Part shown: positions 10,627-20,160 of the stretch, one piece after another
Layout of the letters: the number at the start of each line of letters is the position of its first letter
How positions within the stretch are numbered: position 1 is the stretch's first letter
Assembly (NCBI GenBank): GCA_963848295.1
Contig: CAWKDB010000002.1
Location: 352,001 to 416,000, forward strand
Length of the DNA stretch: 64,000 nucleotides
Reading direction: 5' to 3'
Source: an uncultured delta proteobacterium
GTDB taxonomy: Bacteria > Myxococcota_A > Polyangia > Haliangiales > Haliangiaceae
The notes under the pieces: model-generated
Seen by the model: only the letters and a program-made list of their open reading frames with translations
Databases searched by the model: none
Told to the model about the DNA's origin: nothing
Made by a program: the position numbers and the translations under genes

Positions 10627-11571
10627 TTACCTAGACGTTCGGCCGGCGCCCGAGACCTTGCCACCGGCGTCTACCGAGGCGGTCACGAAGGCATTGCCAC
10701 CGATGACCGCGCCCTTGCCGATGATGGTGTCACCGCCGAGGATCGTCGCGTTGGCATAGATCACCACGTCGTCCTCGATCGTCGGGTGGCGGCGTTTGCC
10801 GTGGTCGGGCCGCGCCTCGCCCTGGGGCACGCTGAGCGCCCCTAGCGTGACGCCCTGGTAGATCCGCACGCGGTTGCCGATCAGGGTGGTCTCGCCGATC
10901 ACGACGCCGGTGCCGTGGTCGATGAAGAACGCCTCGCCGATCTCCGCGCCTGGGTGGATGTCGATCCCGGTCCGGCGATGGGCGAGCTCGGTCATCATCC
11001 GCGGCACGACGACCGCGCCTTCGACCAACAGGGCGTGCGCGATCCGATAGACCGTGATCGCGTAGGTGCCGGGATAGGCCATCAAGATCTCGTCGATGCC
11101 GGTCGCGGCCGGGTCGGCCTCGAAGGCGGCGCGCAGATCGACGCGAATCGCCGACCGCAACGCCGGGAGCCGCGCGAGAAACCGATCGGTGATGACGTCG
11201 GCTTTCGCGGTGCACTCGTCGCACTCGAGGTCGGAGCGGCCGAGCGCTTGCTGCCGTTTGTGATGCGCCGCGCGGTAGACCTGGCGATGTAACGCGACGC
11301 GGAGCTCGTCGACGCGCTGGCGGATCAGCTCGCGCAGCTCGACGCGATCGAGGCGCGCGACGTCGGGGCCCGCGTAGCCCGGGAACAGCAACGCGCGACA
11401 CATCTCGATGACGCGCTCGACCTGCGCTTCGGACGGGATCTCGTAGCTGCCGATATGCTGCATCTCGGCGGCCGCCGGATCGAGATACATGTCGAGCAGC
11501 TGATCGGCGACCGCGCCCGACGAGGTCGGCGGGTCATCGACGACGGGCAGCGGCCTGCGATCCGCGGACAT
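10627..11571 (-). CDS. cysE: Serine O-acetyltransferase (long CysE/EpsC type)
   Basis: DPAA, YPG, TGIDIHPGA, IDHGTGVVIGET, KRRHPTIED hexapeptide repeats. Confidence 0.93.
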   Translation of the reverse strand: MSADRRPLPVVDDPPTSSGAVADQLLDMYLDPAAAEMQHIGSYEIPSEAQVERVIEMCRALLFPGYAGPDVARLDRVELRELIRQRVDELRVALHRQVYRAAHHKRQQALGRSDLECDECTAKADVITDRFLARLPALRSAIRVDLRAAFEADPAATGIDEILMAYPGTYAITVYRIAHALLVEGAVVVPRMMTELAHRRTGIDIHPGAEIGEAFFIDHGTGVVIGETTLIGNRVRIYQGVTLGALSVPQGEARPDHGKRRHPTIEDDVVIYANATILGGDTIIGKGAVIGGNAFVTASVDAGGKVSGAGRTSR

Positions 11572-11608
11572 CTGCTACGTCTAGCACGCCGCGCGCACGG
11601 TGGGACGC

Positions 11609-12509
11609 TCAACGATCGACGATGGCGACGACCGCCGCGGCGCTCCGGTCCGACGCGGCTTCGCCGAGGACGCGGCCGGCGGCGAGCACGCGCGACCGGC
11701 CGGCGAACGCCGAGATCGAGTACGCCGCCGACGAGCTGCGCGCACACCGCGTGCGGCGCGAACGCGAGCGCCGCTGCGGCACCCGGGTCACCCGCGCGAT
11801 CGGCGGCCGGGTTCGCGATCAGCGTCACGCCACGGCCAGCGGCGACCGGACCCAGCGCGACGAACCGTTCGTGCGGCGAGCGGGGCTCGACGTGCGCGTC
11901 GTAGCCGATCAGCGTCGCGAGCTTTCCGGCCGGAGTGTCCGCGAGCGCCAGCGCGTGCTCGTCTCCGCGCGCGAGGTGCAACGCGCCCGGCGAGCCATCC
12001 TCGAGGCCGGGCACGAGGTTGATCTTGGCGGTGGTCGTGACGAGCCGTCCGTCGGGCCCGAACAGCATCGACGCGTTCGTGAGCTCGCCGTGGCTGCCGA
12101 GCCGCAAGTGCGAGCCGGCGACGACGTAGGCGGCATGGCGACGCGCGAGCGGCCCGAACAGCGCCTTCCACCAGCGCTCGGCATCCGGGGCGAGCGCGGC
12201 GAGTACCGCGTGGCGAGTGTCGAGTAACCGCGTCGTCGCGACGCCGCGGAGCACGGCGAGCGGACGGCGCAGGGCCGCACCCGCGAGCGCGGCCGCGAAC
12301 GTCTTGGCCCGCTTCGCCCTCGCCGAGGCGAGCGCGAACAGGGCGAGGTGGCCGGTGAGCTCGGGCACGACGACGAGCCGCGTGTCGGCCGCGCCGGTGC
12401 TTGCGACCGCGTGGTCGATCGCCTGCTCGATCGCCGCGCGATACGTCTCGCCGGTCGCGAGCATCGCCGCGTCGACCTCGAGCTGGACCGCGATCAGCGC
12501 GAGCTTCAT
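11609..12509 (-). CDS. Carbon-nitrogen hydrolase (nitrilase) fold protein; single frameshift near 11710; Gly at the catalytic Cys position
   Basis: VVPEL (Glu), TAKINL (Lys), LIGYD in place of ICYD; removing one G at ~11711 gives ...VLDLAFAGRSRVL... ending at 11609. Confidence 0.65.
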
Positions 12510-13477
12510 TCGACGGTGCGGGCCTGCCCCGCGCCGGCAGCACCGCCTGCGGTTCCATCATCGTCGGGGGCCGCGCCGGCGCGCGGGGTCGGCTCGGGGG
12601 CGTCGTTGATCCGCGCGATCACGGTGTCGAGCTCCCGCTCGGGGATCGTGATCCGCGTCGGCATGCCGCCGCCGAGCTCGAACAGCTGGACGAAATCCCA
12701 GCCCGAGTCGAACGCCGCCGCGATCGTCAACATCCCCGAGTCGCGGACGATCGCCACCGGCGCCTTGGCCTGGCCCGCGAGCAACAAGTCGGTCTTGTCG
12801 AACTGACCGGCGTGGCCAGCGCTGTCGACGACCGCGACGCGGCCGCGGATCGTGAAGTGTCGCGCGAGGTCCCGGGTGACGACGTCGCGCGCGTCGAACA
12901 GCGCGGCCGCCTCCCTGATCAGATCGTCATGCACGCCCGATTTCAGGCCGCCGACGAGGAACTGCACGACCGCGCGCTTCAACCGGTCATCGCGGAACTT
13001 CGCACGCAGGGCGCGATCGATGCGCCGCGCGATCGGGCCGGGCGTCCCGGTGCGGGTGTCGACGGCGCGCGCGTCGGCGTCGGCCGTCGGATACGGCTGC
13101 TCGCCCGCGAGCACCCACTTCGCCGCGGCGTAGATGCCGTCGAGATCGACGTGCGTGCAGATCGTGTCGATCGGCCCGGTCTGGCGCACGAGCTCGGGGG
13201 TCACCATCTCGGGACACGCACCGTGCTCGGCCTTGGTCGCGAGCACGAACCGCGGATCGCCCGCGAAGTCGACGTGGCGCTCGTGGTCGTGATGGTCGAC
13301 CCACGCGGCGAGCCGAGCGCCGAGACCGTCGATGAACGGCTTGGTCGTCAGCTCGAACGATACGCTGGTGCCGACCGTCGCGGCGAACGCGACGTCGAGG
13401 ACGACCACCCTGCCCTGCAGCTTGTCGGCACGCGGCAACACGCGTGGCGACGCGAAGTAGAGCTGCGGCAACTGCAC
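12506..13477 (-). CDS. DHH-phosphoesterase-like protein (alternative TTG start at 13486)
   Basis: VVVLD, WVDHH, HVDLDG, C-terminal GGG; stop overlaps the start of the nitrilase-like gene. Confidence 0.7.
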   Translation of the reverse strand: MQLPQLYFASPRVLPRADKLQGRVVVLDVAFAATVGTSVSFELTTKPFIDGLGARLAAWVDHHDHERHVDFAGDPRFVLATKAEHGACPEMVTPELVRQTGPIDTICTHVDLDGIYAAAKWVLAGEQPYPTADADARAVDTRTGTPGPIARRIDRALRAKFRDDRLKRAVVQFLVGGLKSGVHDDLIREAAALFDARDVVTRDLARHFTIRGRVAVVDSAGHAGQFDKTDLLLAGQAKAPVAIVRDSGMLTIAAAFDSGWDFVQLFELGGGMPTRITIPERELDTVIARINDAPEPTPRAGAAPDDDGTAGGAAGAGQARTVE

Positions 13478-13562
13478 GGTCTTCAAGGGTACCAGTTTCG
13501 CCGCCGTAGCCGTGTACGTGCACGTCCACGTGTCACGTGCACGTCCACGATCTTTCTTGGAG

Positions 13563-16184
13563 CTACTTCGGGCACTGCAGCGTCACCGTCCAGCCGTCGT
13601 GGAGATACACCTCGCGGACGGTGCCGCGATCGCCGCACTGTTGCGGTGTGCTGCCGAGCAAGCACATCGTGCGCTCGCCCGCGGGCGCGACGAGGGCGCC
13701 GCGCTTGCCACCGTCGACTTGGCCGAGCTCGGCGCCATCGACCCACACGTCGACGCTGTCCTTGCACTGCGTGTTATCGACGTAGAACGTCGCGTGCGGT
13801 GTGGCGCGCAGCGCGGTTGACTTCGGAATCGGCGGCGGCTTGTCCTCGACGATGACGTGGTAGCGCGCCGGGTCGGCGACCGCGGCGGCGAGCAATCGAT
13901 CCGTGCACCCCACGACGCGCAGCTCTGGCCCGAGCTCGCGCGACCACTCGGCGCGCAGCTCGCCGACATCGGCCAGCGCGAGTGCGAAGCTCTTCTTCGC
14001 CGCGGCCACCTGGGTGCGCGCGTTTGGCAGTAAGCCTGCGGTCAGCCCGAGCGCGTCGTGGCGCTCGACAAATCGGTAGTCCGCTTCGAGCTCGATGCCG
14101 AGCCGTTCGTAGCGAGCGAGCGCGGCCTGGGCGTTCGCCCACCAGCTCGCGATCGCGGTGACCGGGCAGCCGTTCAGCTTCACGCCGGTCGGCCTCGCCT
14201 CGGGTCCCTTGCCGAGCACCCCGAGGATCGACAAGACGTAGCCCTGGTACGCGGCGCGGACGATCGCCATCGTCGCGGCGATCTGATCGTAGCGATCGAG
14301 CGCACCCGCGATCGCATCGGCGTCGCCCCACGGTCGATCGGGTGGCGCCGGCAACACGAGGGTCAGCCTCGCCCCGGCATCGAGCGAGGCGAGTGCCGCA
14401 CGCGCGGCGCGATCGCCCGGAGAGCTCGCGAGCGCCGCCGCGAGCTCGGTTCGCGCGGTCGCCGGATCGCCCGACTGCGCGCGCGCGATGCCAGCCAGAT
14501 AGTGCAACCCGGCATCGCGCGGCCACGCCGCGAGCGCAGGTTCGAGCTGGGTCAGCGCGGCCGGAGCATCGCCGGCGGCGAGCTCGGCGGCCGCGAGCCA
14601 GCGCCGAGTCGCCAAGGTACGCGGCTCGATCTTCGCGGCTCGGGTCAGATGCGCGATCGCGTCCGCGGCGTGACCTTCGACGACGGCGAGCGCGCCGAGC
14701 TCGGCTTCCGCAGCCGCGGCATCGCGACTGTCCGGTGACCGGATGAGCTGTGCGTAGGCTCGCTCCGCCTCGGCGCGCTGGCCCGCGTCGAGCAGGGTCT
14801 GCGCCGCCGCGAACGCAGGCAGGCTCGAGGTCGGCGCGAGCGTGGCGGCGCGCGCGTACCAGGCCAGCGCCCCGGCGACATCACCGGTCTTGCGATGGCC
14901 ATCGCCGACCCGGATCGCGAGGGCGACATCGTTCGGCCGCGCGGCCGCGACGAGCTCGAGCGCCTTGGTCGCCTGGGGCCACTTGCCGAGCGCACCGTAG
15001 GCCGCGGCGAGGTCGGCCTTGATGTCGAGATCAGCGGGCGCCCGCACCGCGATCGCCTCGAGCTCGGCGACCAGCTTGCGGGTCTCACCGCGCGACGCGT
15101 GGATCAGCGCGAGCACGCGCCGCGCCGACAGCCGATCGGGCAACCGCTCCGTGACTTGCTCGAGCTGATGAGCCGCCGCGGCGGGCTCGCCGACCTGCCA
15201 GAGCGCGGCGCCGAGCTGCTCGCGCGCGTCGAGGTCCCACGGCCGGTGCGTGACGAGCTTGCTCGACAGATCGACCGCGAGCTGCCACTTGCCGGCGGCG
15301 CTCGCGACGGTCGCCGCCGCCCGCAGCGCGCGATCATCATCGGGCGCGAGATCGAGCGCGTAGTTGATCTTGCTCGCCGCCTGTTTCACGTCCCCCGTGC
15401 GCGCGAGGACTTCGCCGTAAAGGAGCTGCGCCTCGTACAGCGTCGGCGCGATGAACGTCGCGCGCTCGAGATCGTGCTGCGCGGCTTTCAGGTCGACCGA
15501 TCCGCCAAGCGCGCCCGTCAGCTCGCCGAGCCCGCGGCCCATCAGCTCGACCGGATACGCGTCGGGAGCGAGCACGCGATGCAGCCGCGCGATCCGGGTC
15601 GGGTCCGCCGCCAGCCCCGGCGCCAACCCCGCCGTCGCCCACACCTCGGTCATCACGTCGCCGAGCAAGGCGTCGAACCGCTTCGGATCGCCGGAGCGCT
15701 GCGCCTCGGCCGCGACCGTCGCGACCGGCTGCCCCGGCACCGCAACTTTCCATACGATGACGTCGAGCCGGATCTGGTCGCCGACGCGATCGAACCAGCC
15801 GGTCGCGACGAAGCTCGCGCCTCGCCGCTGCGCGAACGCGGCGACGGTGTCGCCCATCGCCGGCACGTGCTCCCCGGGCACGATCAGCGGTCCGCCGACG
15901 ACGTCGACGTCGACCACGCCCTGCGCCTTCTCGGCGAGCTCGAATGGCGCCCCGGCGACGAGCCAATCGAGGCCCTTGCCGCCGGCATGGTTCTCGAACG
16001 GCGTCACCGCGAGCACGGGCGGCCCGATCGCGAAGTCCGGCACCGCCGGCGCGGCCACGGCACGCGTCGCGCCGAGCACGCTCGCGAGCGCGATCGCGCT
16101 GCATGCCAACCCGCTGGCCCTGCGGCAGCCCCGACGGCCGCGCGCAGGCCCTGACCTTCGTTGCCGTACTCCGAGCGCGCCCAT
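13563..16184 (-). CDS. Exported TPR protein: TolB-N/FlgO-like N-domain, many TPRs, Cys-containing C-terminal beta domain
   Basis: Signal-like segment, VLAVTPFEN...LDWL motif, repeated A..L.P.D TPR pattern; upstream part of track ORF is antisense to PBP1A. Confidence 0.8.
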   Translation of the reverse strand: MGALGVRQRRSGPARGRRGCRRASGLACSAIALASVLGATRAVAAPAVPDFAIGPPVLAVTPFENHAGGKGLDWLVAGAPFELAEKAQGVVDVDVVGGPLIVPGEHVPAMGDTVAAFAQRRGASFVATGWFDRVGDQIRLDVIVWKVAVPGQPVATVAAEAQRSGDPKRFDALLGDVMTEVWATAGLAPGLAADPTRIARLHRVLAPDAYPVELMGRGLGELTGALGGSVDLKAAQHDLERATFIAPTLYEAQLLYGEVLARTGDVKQAASKINYALDLAPDDDRALRAAATVASAAGKWQLAVDLSSKLVTHRPWDLDAREQLGAALWQVGEPAAAAHQLEQVTERLPDRLSARRVLALIHASRGETRKLVAELEAIAVRAPADLDIKADLAAAYGALGKWPQATKALELVAAARPNDVALAIRVGDGHRKTGDVAGALAWYARAATLAPTSSLPAFAAAQTLLDAGQRAEAERAYAQLIRSPDSRDAAAAEAELGALAVVEGHAADAIAHLTRAAKIEPRTLATRRWLAAAELAAGDAPAALTQLEPALAAWPRDAGLHYLAGIARAQSGDPATARTELAAALASSPGDRAARAALASLDAGARLTLVLPAPPDRPWGDADAIAGALDRYDQIAATMAIVRAAYQGYVLSILGVLGKGPEARPTGVKLNGCPVTAIASWWANAQAALARYERLGIELEADYRFVERHDALGLTAGLLPNARTQVAAAKKSFALALADVGELRAEWSRELGPELRVVGCTDRLLAAAVADPARYHVIVEDKPPPIPKSTALRATPHATFYVDNTQCKDSVDVWVDGAELGQVDGGKRGALVAPAGERTMCLLGSTPQQCGDRGTVREVYLHDGWTVTLQCPK

Positions 16185-16199
16185 ACACTCGATCATATA

Positions 16200-18662
16200 G
16201 TGCAGCCTGACGAAACCGCCCGTAGTCGCGGGCCCGACCGTCGCAAGCGCGTCCGCCGACGCCGCCGCCTGTCGATCTTGCGCTTGCTCGCGTTGCTGCT
16301 GATCTACGGGCTCTCGCTCGGCGCGGCCGCCTTGTACTTCGTGATCCAGACGGTCAACCGCGATCTGCCGCAAGACCTCACCCAGTTGCTCGACTACCAG
16401 CCGAGCCGCAAGAGCGTCGTGCTGTCGTCGGACGGCGTCGAGATCGGCTCGTTCTCGATCGAGAACCGGCGGATCGTCTCGCTCGATCGCATGCCGGCGC
16501 ACGTGCCCGAAGCGTTCGTCGCCGCCGAGGATCGCCGGTTCTTCAAGCACGGCGGCTTCGATCCGATCGGCATCGTGCGCGCGGCGATCAAGAACTACCG
16601 CGCGTCGCGGACGAAGCAAGGTGGTTCGACGCTGACCCAGCAGATCATCAAGCAGACGGTGCTCGCCGACGAGCAGTCCGACCTCAAGGATCTCGGGCTG
16701 TCGAAAGACGACCGCGAAGCCGAGGTCAAGCGCCAGCGTTACTGGCGCAAGCTTCGCGAGGTCGTGCTCGCGGTCCGACTCGAGCGCGAGCTGTCGAAGC
16801 AGGACATCCTCTCGATCTACTTGAACCACGTCTACCTCGGTCACGGCGCGTACGGCGTCGCCGCGGCGGCGGAGACCTATTTCGGCAAGGACGTCGAGAA
16901 CCTCACGATCGGCGAGGCCGCGTTGCTCGCCGGCCTCGTGTCGTCGCCAGCGGCGCACGATCCGCATCACGACCTCAAGGCCGCGCGCGAGCGCCAGCGC
17001 TACGTGCTCGGTCAGATGCTCGCCGAAAAGTACATCTCGAAGGATCAGCTCGACGCCGCGCTCGCCGAGCCGATCACGCTCGTCGACGACACCGATCGCA
17101 ACCAGTTCGCGGCGCCGTACTTCGTCGAGCATATCCGCCAGCTCGCCACCGCCGCCTATGGCGAGTACGAGCTGTTTCGCGGCGGCCTGCAGTTTCACTC
17201 GACGCTCGACTCGCGGATGCAAGCGGCGGCCGAGGGTGCGCTGCGCCACGGCCTCGAGACGATCGATCGCGCGCTCGGCTTTCGCGGCCGGATCGGCACC
17301 GTCGCCACCGCCGATCGCGCGACCTGGACGGGCGGCCCGGCGCACGCACTTGCCGGCCCGAACGACAACGAGCCGCGGCTCGCCGATAACCTCCTGACCG
17401 AGCAGCGCTACGCCGCGATGGTGACCGCGCTGCCGCGCACCGGCGCCGGCGTCGTGGTCGACCTCGGTCCGGCCAAGCTGCCGCTGATCGCGGGCGACGC
17501 GCGCGATGTGCGAGCGTGGCGCGGTAAGGCCGGCGAAACGATCGCGGTCGGCGACTTGCTGCCGGTGCGGCTCACCGCCGACCGCAAAGCCGCGACGATC
17601 GCGCAACGACCGGCGCTGCAGGGCGCGATGGTCGTGATGCAACCGACGACCGGCCGCGTACTCGCGCTCGTCGGTGGCTACGACTGGACGAGCTCGAAGT
17701 TCGACCGCGCGACCCAGGCGAAGCGCCAGGTCGGCTCGTCGATCAAGCCGTTCGTCTATTCGGCCGCGCTCGAGTCGGGCAAGACCCCGGTCGATCATCT
17801 GCGCGACGGTCCGTTCTCGGTCCAGACCGCGACCGGAACGTGGACGCCCGCGAACTACGGCAACCAGTACTTCGGCGACGTCACCCTGATGACCGCGCTC
17901 GCGTTCTCGCTCAACACGATCAGCGTGCAGCTCGCGGTCCACGTCGGCCTCGATCGCATCATCGAGATCATGCGCGGCTACGGGATCACCTCGCCGATCC
18001 CGCGCCATATCTCGATCAGCCTCGGCACGCCCGATCTCACGTTGCTCGAGGTCGCCACCGCGTACGCCGGCATCGCCTCCGGTGGCAAGCACATCACCGC
18101 GCGGTTCTACGATGCGGTCACCGACAGCAGAGGCCGGATCATCTCCGACGGGCAGCCAGCGCCTACCCCGCAGGTCGTGTCACCCGAAGTCGATTACGTG
18201 ATGGTGAACCTCATGAAGGGGGTCGTGAACCGCGGCACGGCTCACGGCGCGGCCAAGCTCGGCCGACCGGTCGCGGGCAAGACCGGCACCTCGGCGAACT
18301 TCAAAGACGCCTGGTTCAACGGCTTCACGACCGACTTGCTGTGCTCGGTGTGGATCGGCCGCGATGATTCGAAGCCGATCGGCAACGGGATCACCGGCGG
18401 CGGCGCCGCGGTTCCGATCTGGCTCGACTTCATGCAGAAAGCGCATCCGGCGACCCCGGTCCGCGACTTCGCGCCGCCGCCAAACGTGATCTTTGCACGC
18501 GTCGAACCGTGGAGCGGATCGCCGGCGGGCCCGGGCCCGGGCGCGGTCTGGATGCCGTTCGTGCGCGGCACTCTGCCCCCGGCGTTCGTCGGCGCGGCGC
18601 CGATCCGATCGTTCGACGAGCTCGTACCCGCCGCAGCCGTGCCGCCTGTAACGTCGCCGTGA
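16200..18662 (+). CDS. mrcA: Class A penicillin-binding protein 1A
   Basis: TM anchor; TG motifs EDRRFFKHGG, GGSTLTQQ, RKLRE; TP motifs SSIK, SLN, KTG. Confidence 0.93.
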   Translation: MQPDETARSRGPDRRKRVRRRRRLSILRLLALLLIYGLSLGAAALYFVIQTVNRDLPQDLTQLLDYQPSRKSVVLSSDGVEIGSFSIENRRIVSLDRMPAHVPEAFVAAEDRRFFKHGGFDPIGIVRAAIKNYRASRTKQGGSTLTQQIIKQTVLADEQSDLKDLGLSKDDREAEVKRQRYWRKLREVVLAVRLERELSKQDILSIYLNHVYLGHGAYGVAAAAETYFGKDVENLTIGEAALLAGLVSSPAAHDPHHDLKAARERQRYVLGQMLAEKYISKDQLDAALAEPITLVDDTDRNQFAAPYFVEHIRQLATAAYGEYELFRGGLQFHSTLDSRMQAAAEGALRHGLETIDRALGFRGRIGTVATADRATWTGGPAHALAGPNDNEPRLADNLLTEQRYAAMVTALPRTGAGVVVDLGPAKLPLIAGDARDVRAWRGKAGETIAVGDLLPVRLTADRKAATIAQRPALQGAMVVMQPTTGRVLALVGGYDWTSSKFDRATQAKRQVGSSIKPFVYSAALESGKTPVDHLRDGPFSVQTATGTWTPANYGNQYFGDVTLMTALAFSLNTISVQLAVHVGLDRIIEIMRGYGITSPIPRHISISLGTPDLTLLEVATAYAGIASGGKHITARFYDAVTDSRGRIISDGQPAPTPQVVSPEVDYVMVNLMKGVVNRGTAHGAAKLGRPVAGKTGTSANFKDAWFNGFTTDLLCSVWIGRDDSKPIGNGITGGGAAVPIWLDFMQKAHPATPVRDFAPPPNVIFARVEPWSGSPAGPGPGAVWMPFVRGTLPPAFVGAAPIRSFDELVPAAAVPPVTSP

Positions 18663-18688
18663 TGTCGCTCGTGCTAGGTTCGCAGCCG

Positions 18689-19252
18689 ATGTCACGCGCG
18701 GTCGTAGTCGCGAGCCTCATCGTCGGTTCGCTCGGCGGATGCCGGGTCAGCCTCGACCCGAGCGGAAAACAAGCGCCGACTTGTGTCGTCGATCCGCCGC
18801 CGCAGGTGTGCGTCGACGCCGAGAGCCACGACGACTTCACGTGGATCGAGACGAACATCTTCGACAAGCAGTGCGCGCAGAGCGACTGCCACGATGGCGG
18901 TGCGAGCAAGCAAGGCGCGATCAACCTGCACGCCGACCCGGCGCTGAACGCGGCGGGCGCCTATTCCCACTTGCTCGGCGCTGACGGCAACGGCGTCGCG
19001 TCGGTGCTCGCGCCGGATCGCAAGCTCGTCGTACCGAGCCAGCCCGACGAGAGCTACTTGCTGGTCATGCTCGGCGAGGTCGACTACAAGGACGCGATCC
19101 CCGCCGACGACGCACCCGCCGACATCAGCGCCTCTCCCGACCACGCCGCCGAGGGCACCGGCTATATGCCGATGTCTCAGGCGACGCTGATCTGCTGCCA
19201 GAAGCTCGACGCGATCCAGCGCTGGATCACGGCCGGCGCGTTGAACGACTGA
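18689..19252 (+). CDS. Lipoprotein with cytochrome c-like domain (CX4CH)
   Basis: Lipobox LGGC; CAQSDCH; LVVPSQPDESYL; distal MP; IQRWITAGA. Confidence 0.7.
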   Translation: MSRAVVVASLIVGSLGGCRVSLDPSGKQAPTCVVDPPPQVCVDAESHDDFTWIETNIFDKQCAQSDCHDGGASKQGAINLHADPALNAAGAYSHLLGADGNGVASVLAPDRKLVVPSQPDESYLLVMLGEVDYKDAIPADDAPADISASPDHAAEGTGYMPMSQATLICCQKLDAIQRWITAGALND

Positions 19253-19384
19253 ACGAGTGAGCGCCTCACTCACGGCGCGGTCGGCCGCGTCAGAGCGATC
19301 GCCGGGACGTGCGCCCGGCCGGCAGCACTGCCGAATGGCAGTGCGGGTAGATCACTTGCCCGAGAATCGGTGTTTTTGCCTTTC

Positions 19385-19400
19385 TGGCCAGCGGTTTGCT
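19385..19400 (+). promoter_or_regulatory. Candidate sigma54 promoter upstream of the motor operon
   Basis: TGGCCAGCGGTTTGCT = GG-N10-GC with TGGC and TTGC cores, 80 bp upstream of the ATG. Confidence 0.45.
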
Positions 19401-19479
19401 TGACGCACCAAGCGCTGCCTCGATACAACATCTGACAAGCAGCGTGGGGGGTACCTCCCGGCGCGCGGAGGCAGAACCG

Positions 19480-20148
19480 ATGGACTGGCTAAGCGACGTA
19501 TTCAAGAAGGGCGGGCCGTTCTTCATCGTCAACACGTTCTTCCTGGCCATCGTAATTGGCCTGATCGTGGAGCGTTCGATCTACTTCCTCGGCCGCGGCC
19601 ACCTCAACGCGAAGGCGTTCCTCGAGCAGCTGCGCAAGCTGCTGTCGGCGAACAACGTCGACCGCGCGAAGAAGCTGTGTGACGCGACGAGTGCGCCAGT
19701 AGCGCGCGTCGCGAAGGCCGGGCTCAACCGCCTGCACCGCGGCGAGGCGGCGGTCGCTCAAGCGATGGAAGAGACGATGACCGACACGCTGCCCGAGGTG
19801 AAGACTCGAATCGGTGCGCTGTGGTCGCTCGCTAACATCACCACGCTGATCGGTCTCCTCGGCACCATCACCGGCTTGATCCGGACCTTCCACGCGATCG
19901 GCAAGCTGTCGCCGGCCGAACAGAAGGACGAGCTATCGAGAGGTATCTCGGAAGCGATGTACAACACCGCGTTCGGTCTCTCGATCGCCCTGTTGTGCAT
20001 GCTCGGCCACCTGCTGCTGTCGGCACAGATGAAGAAGGTCGTCTCGGATCTCGAAGCGTTCAGCTTGCGATTCGAGAACCTCCTGTCCGATGGTGGAGCT
20101 GCGGCCGCGAGCCGCGCCCCAGCCGCTCCCACCGAGGATCTCGAGTAA
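19480..20148 (+). CDS. aglR: MotA/TolQ/ExbB proton channel, AglR-like
   Basis: TM helices, TLIGLLGTITGLI, GISEAMYNTAFGL; followed by two ExbD genes. Confidence 0.85.
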   Translation: MDWLSDVFKKGGPFFIVNTFFLAIVIGLIVERSIYFLGRGHLNAKAFLEQLRKLLSANNVDRAKKLCDATSAPVARVAKAGLNRLHRGEAAVAQAMEETMTDTLPEVKTRIGALWSLANITTLIGLLGTITGLIRTFHAIGKLSPAEQKDELSRGISEAMYNTAFGLSIALLCMLGHLLLSAQMKKVVSDLEAFSLRFENLLSDGGAAAASRAPAAPTEDLE

Positions 20149-20160
20149 AGCTGCTCGGCG

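Noticed and set aside
16185..18092. N-terminal 600+ aa of the 1509-aa minus-strand ORF
   Set aside because: Antisense shadow of PBP1A; the plausible start is 16184, with a signal-like segment and TATGAT upstream
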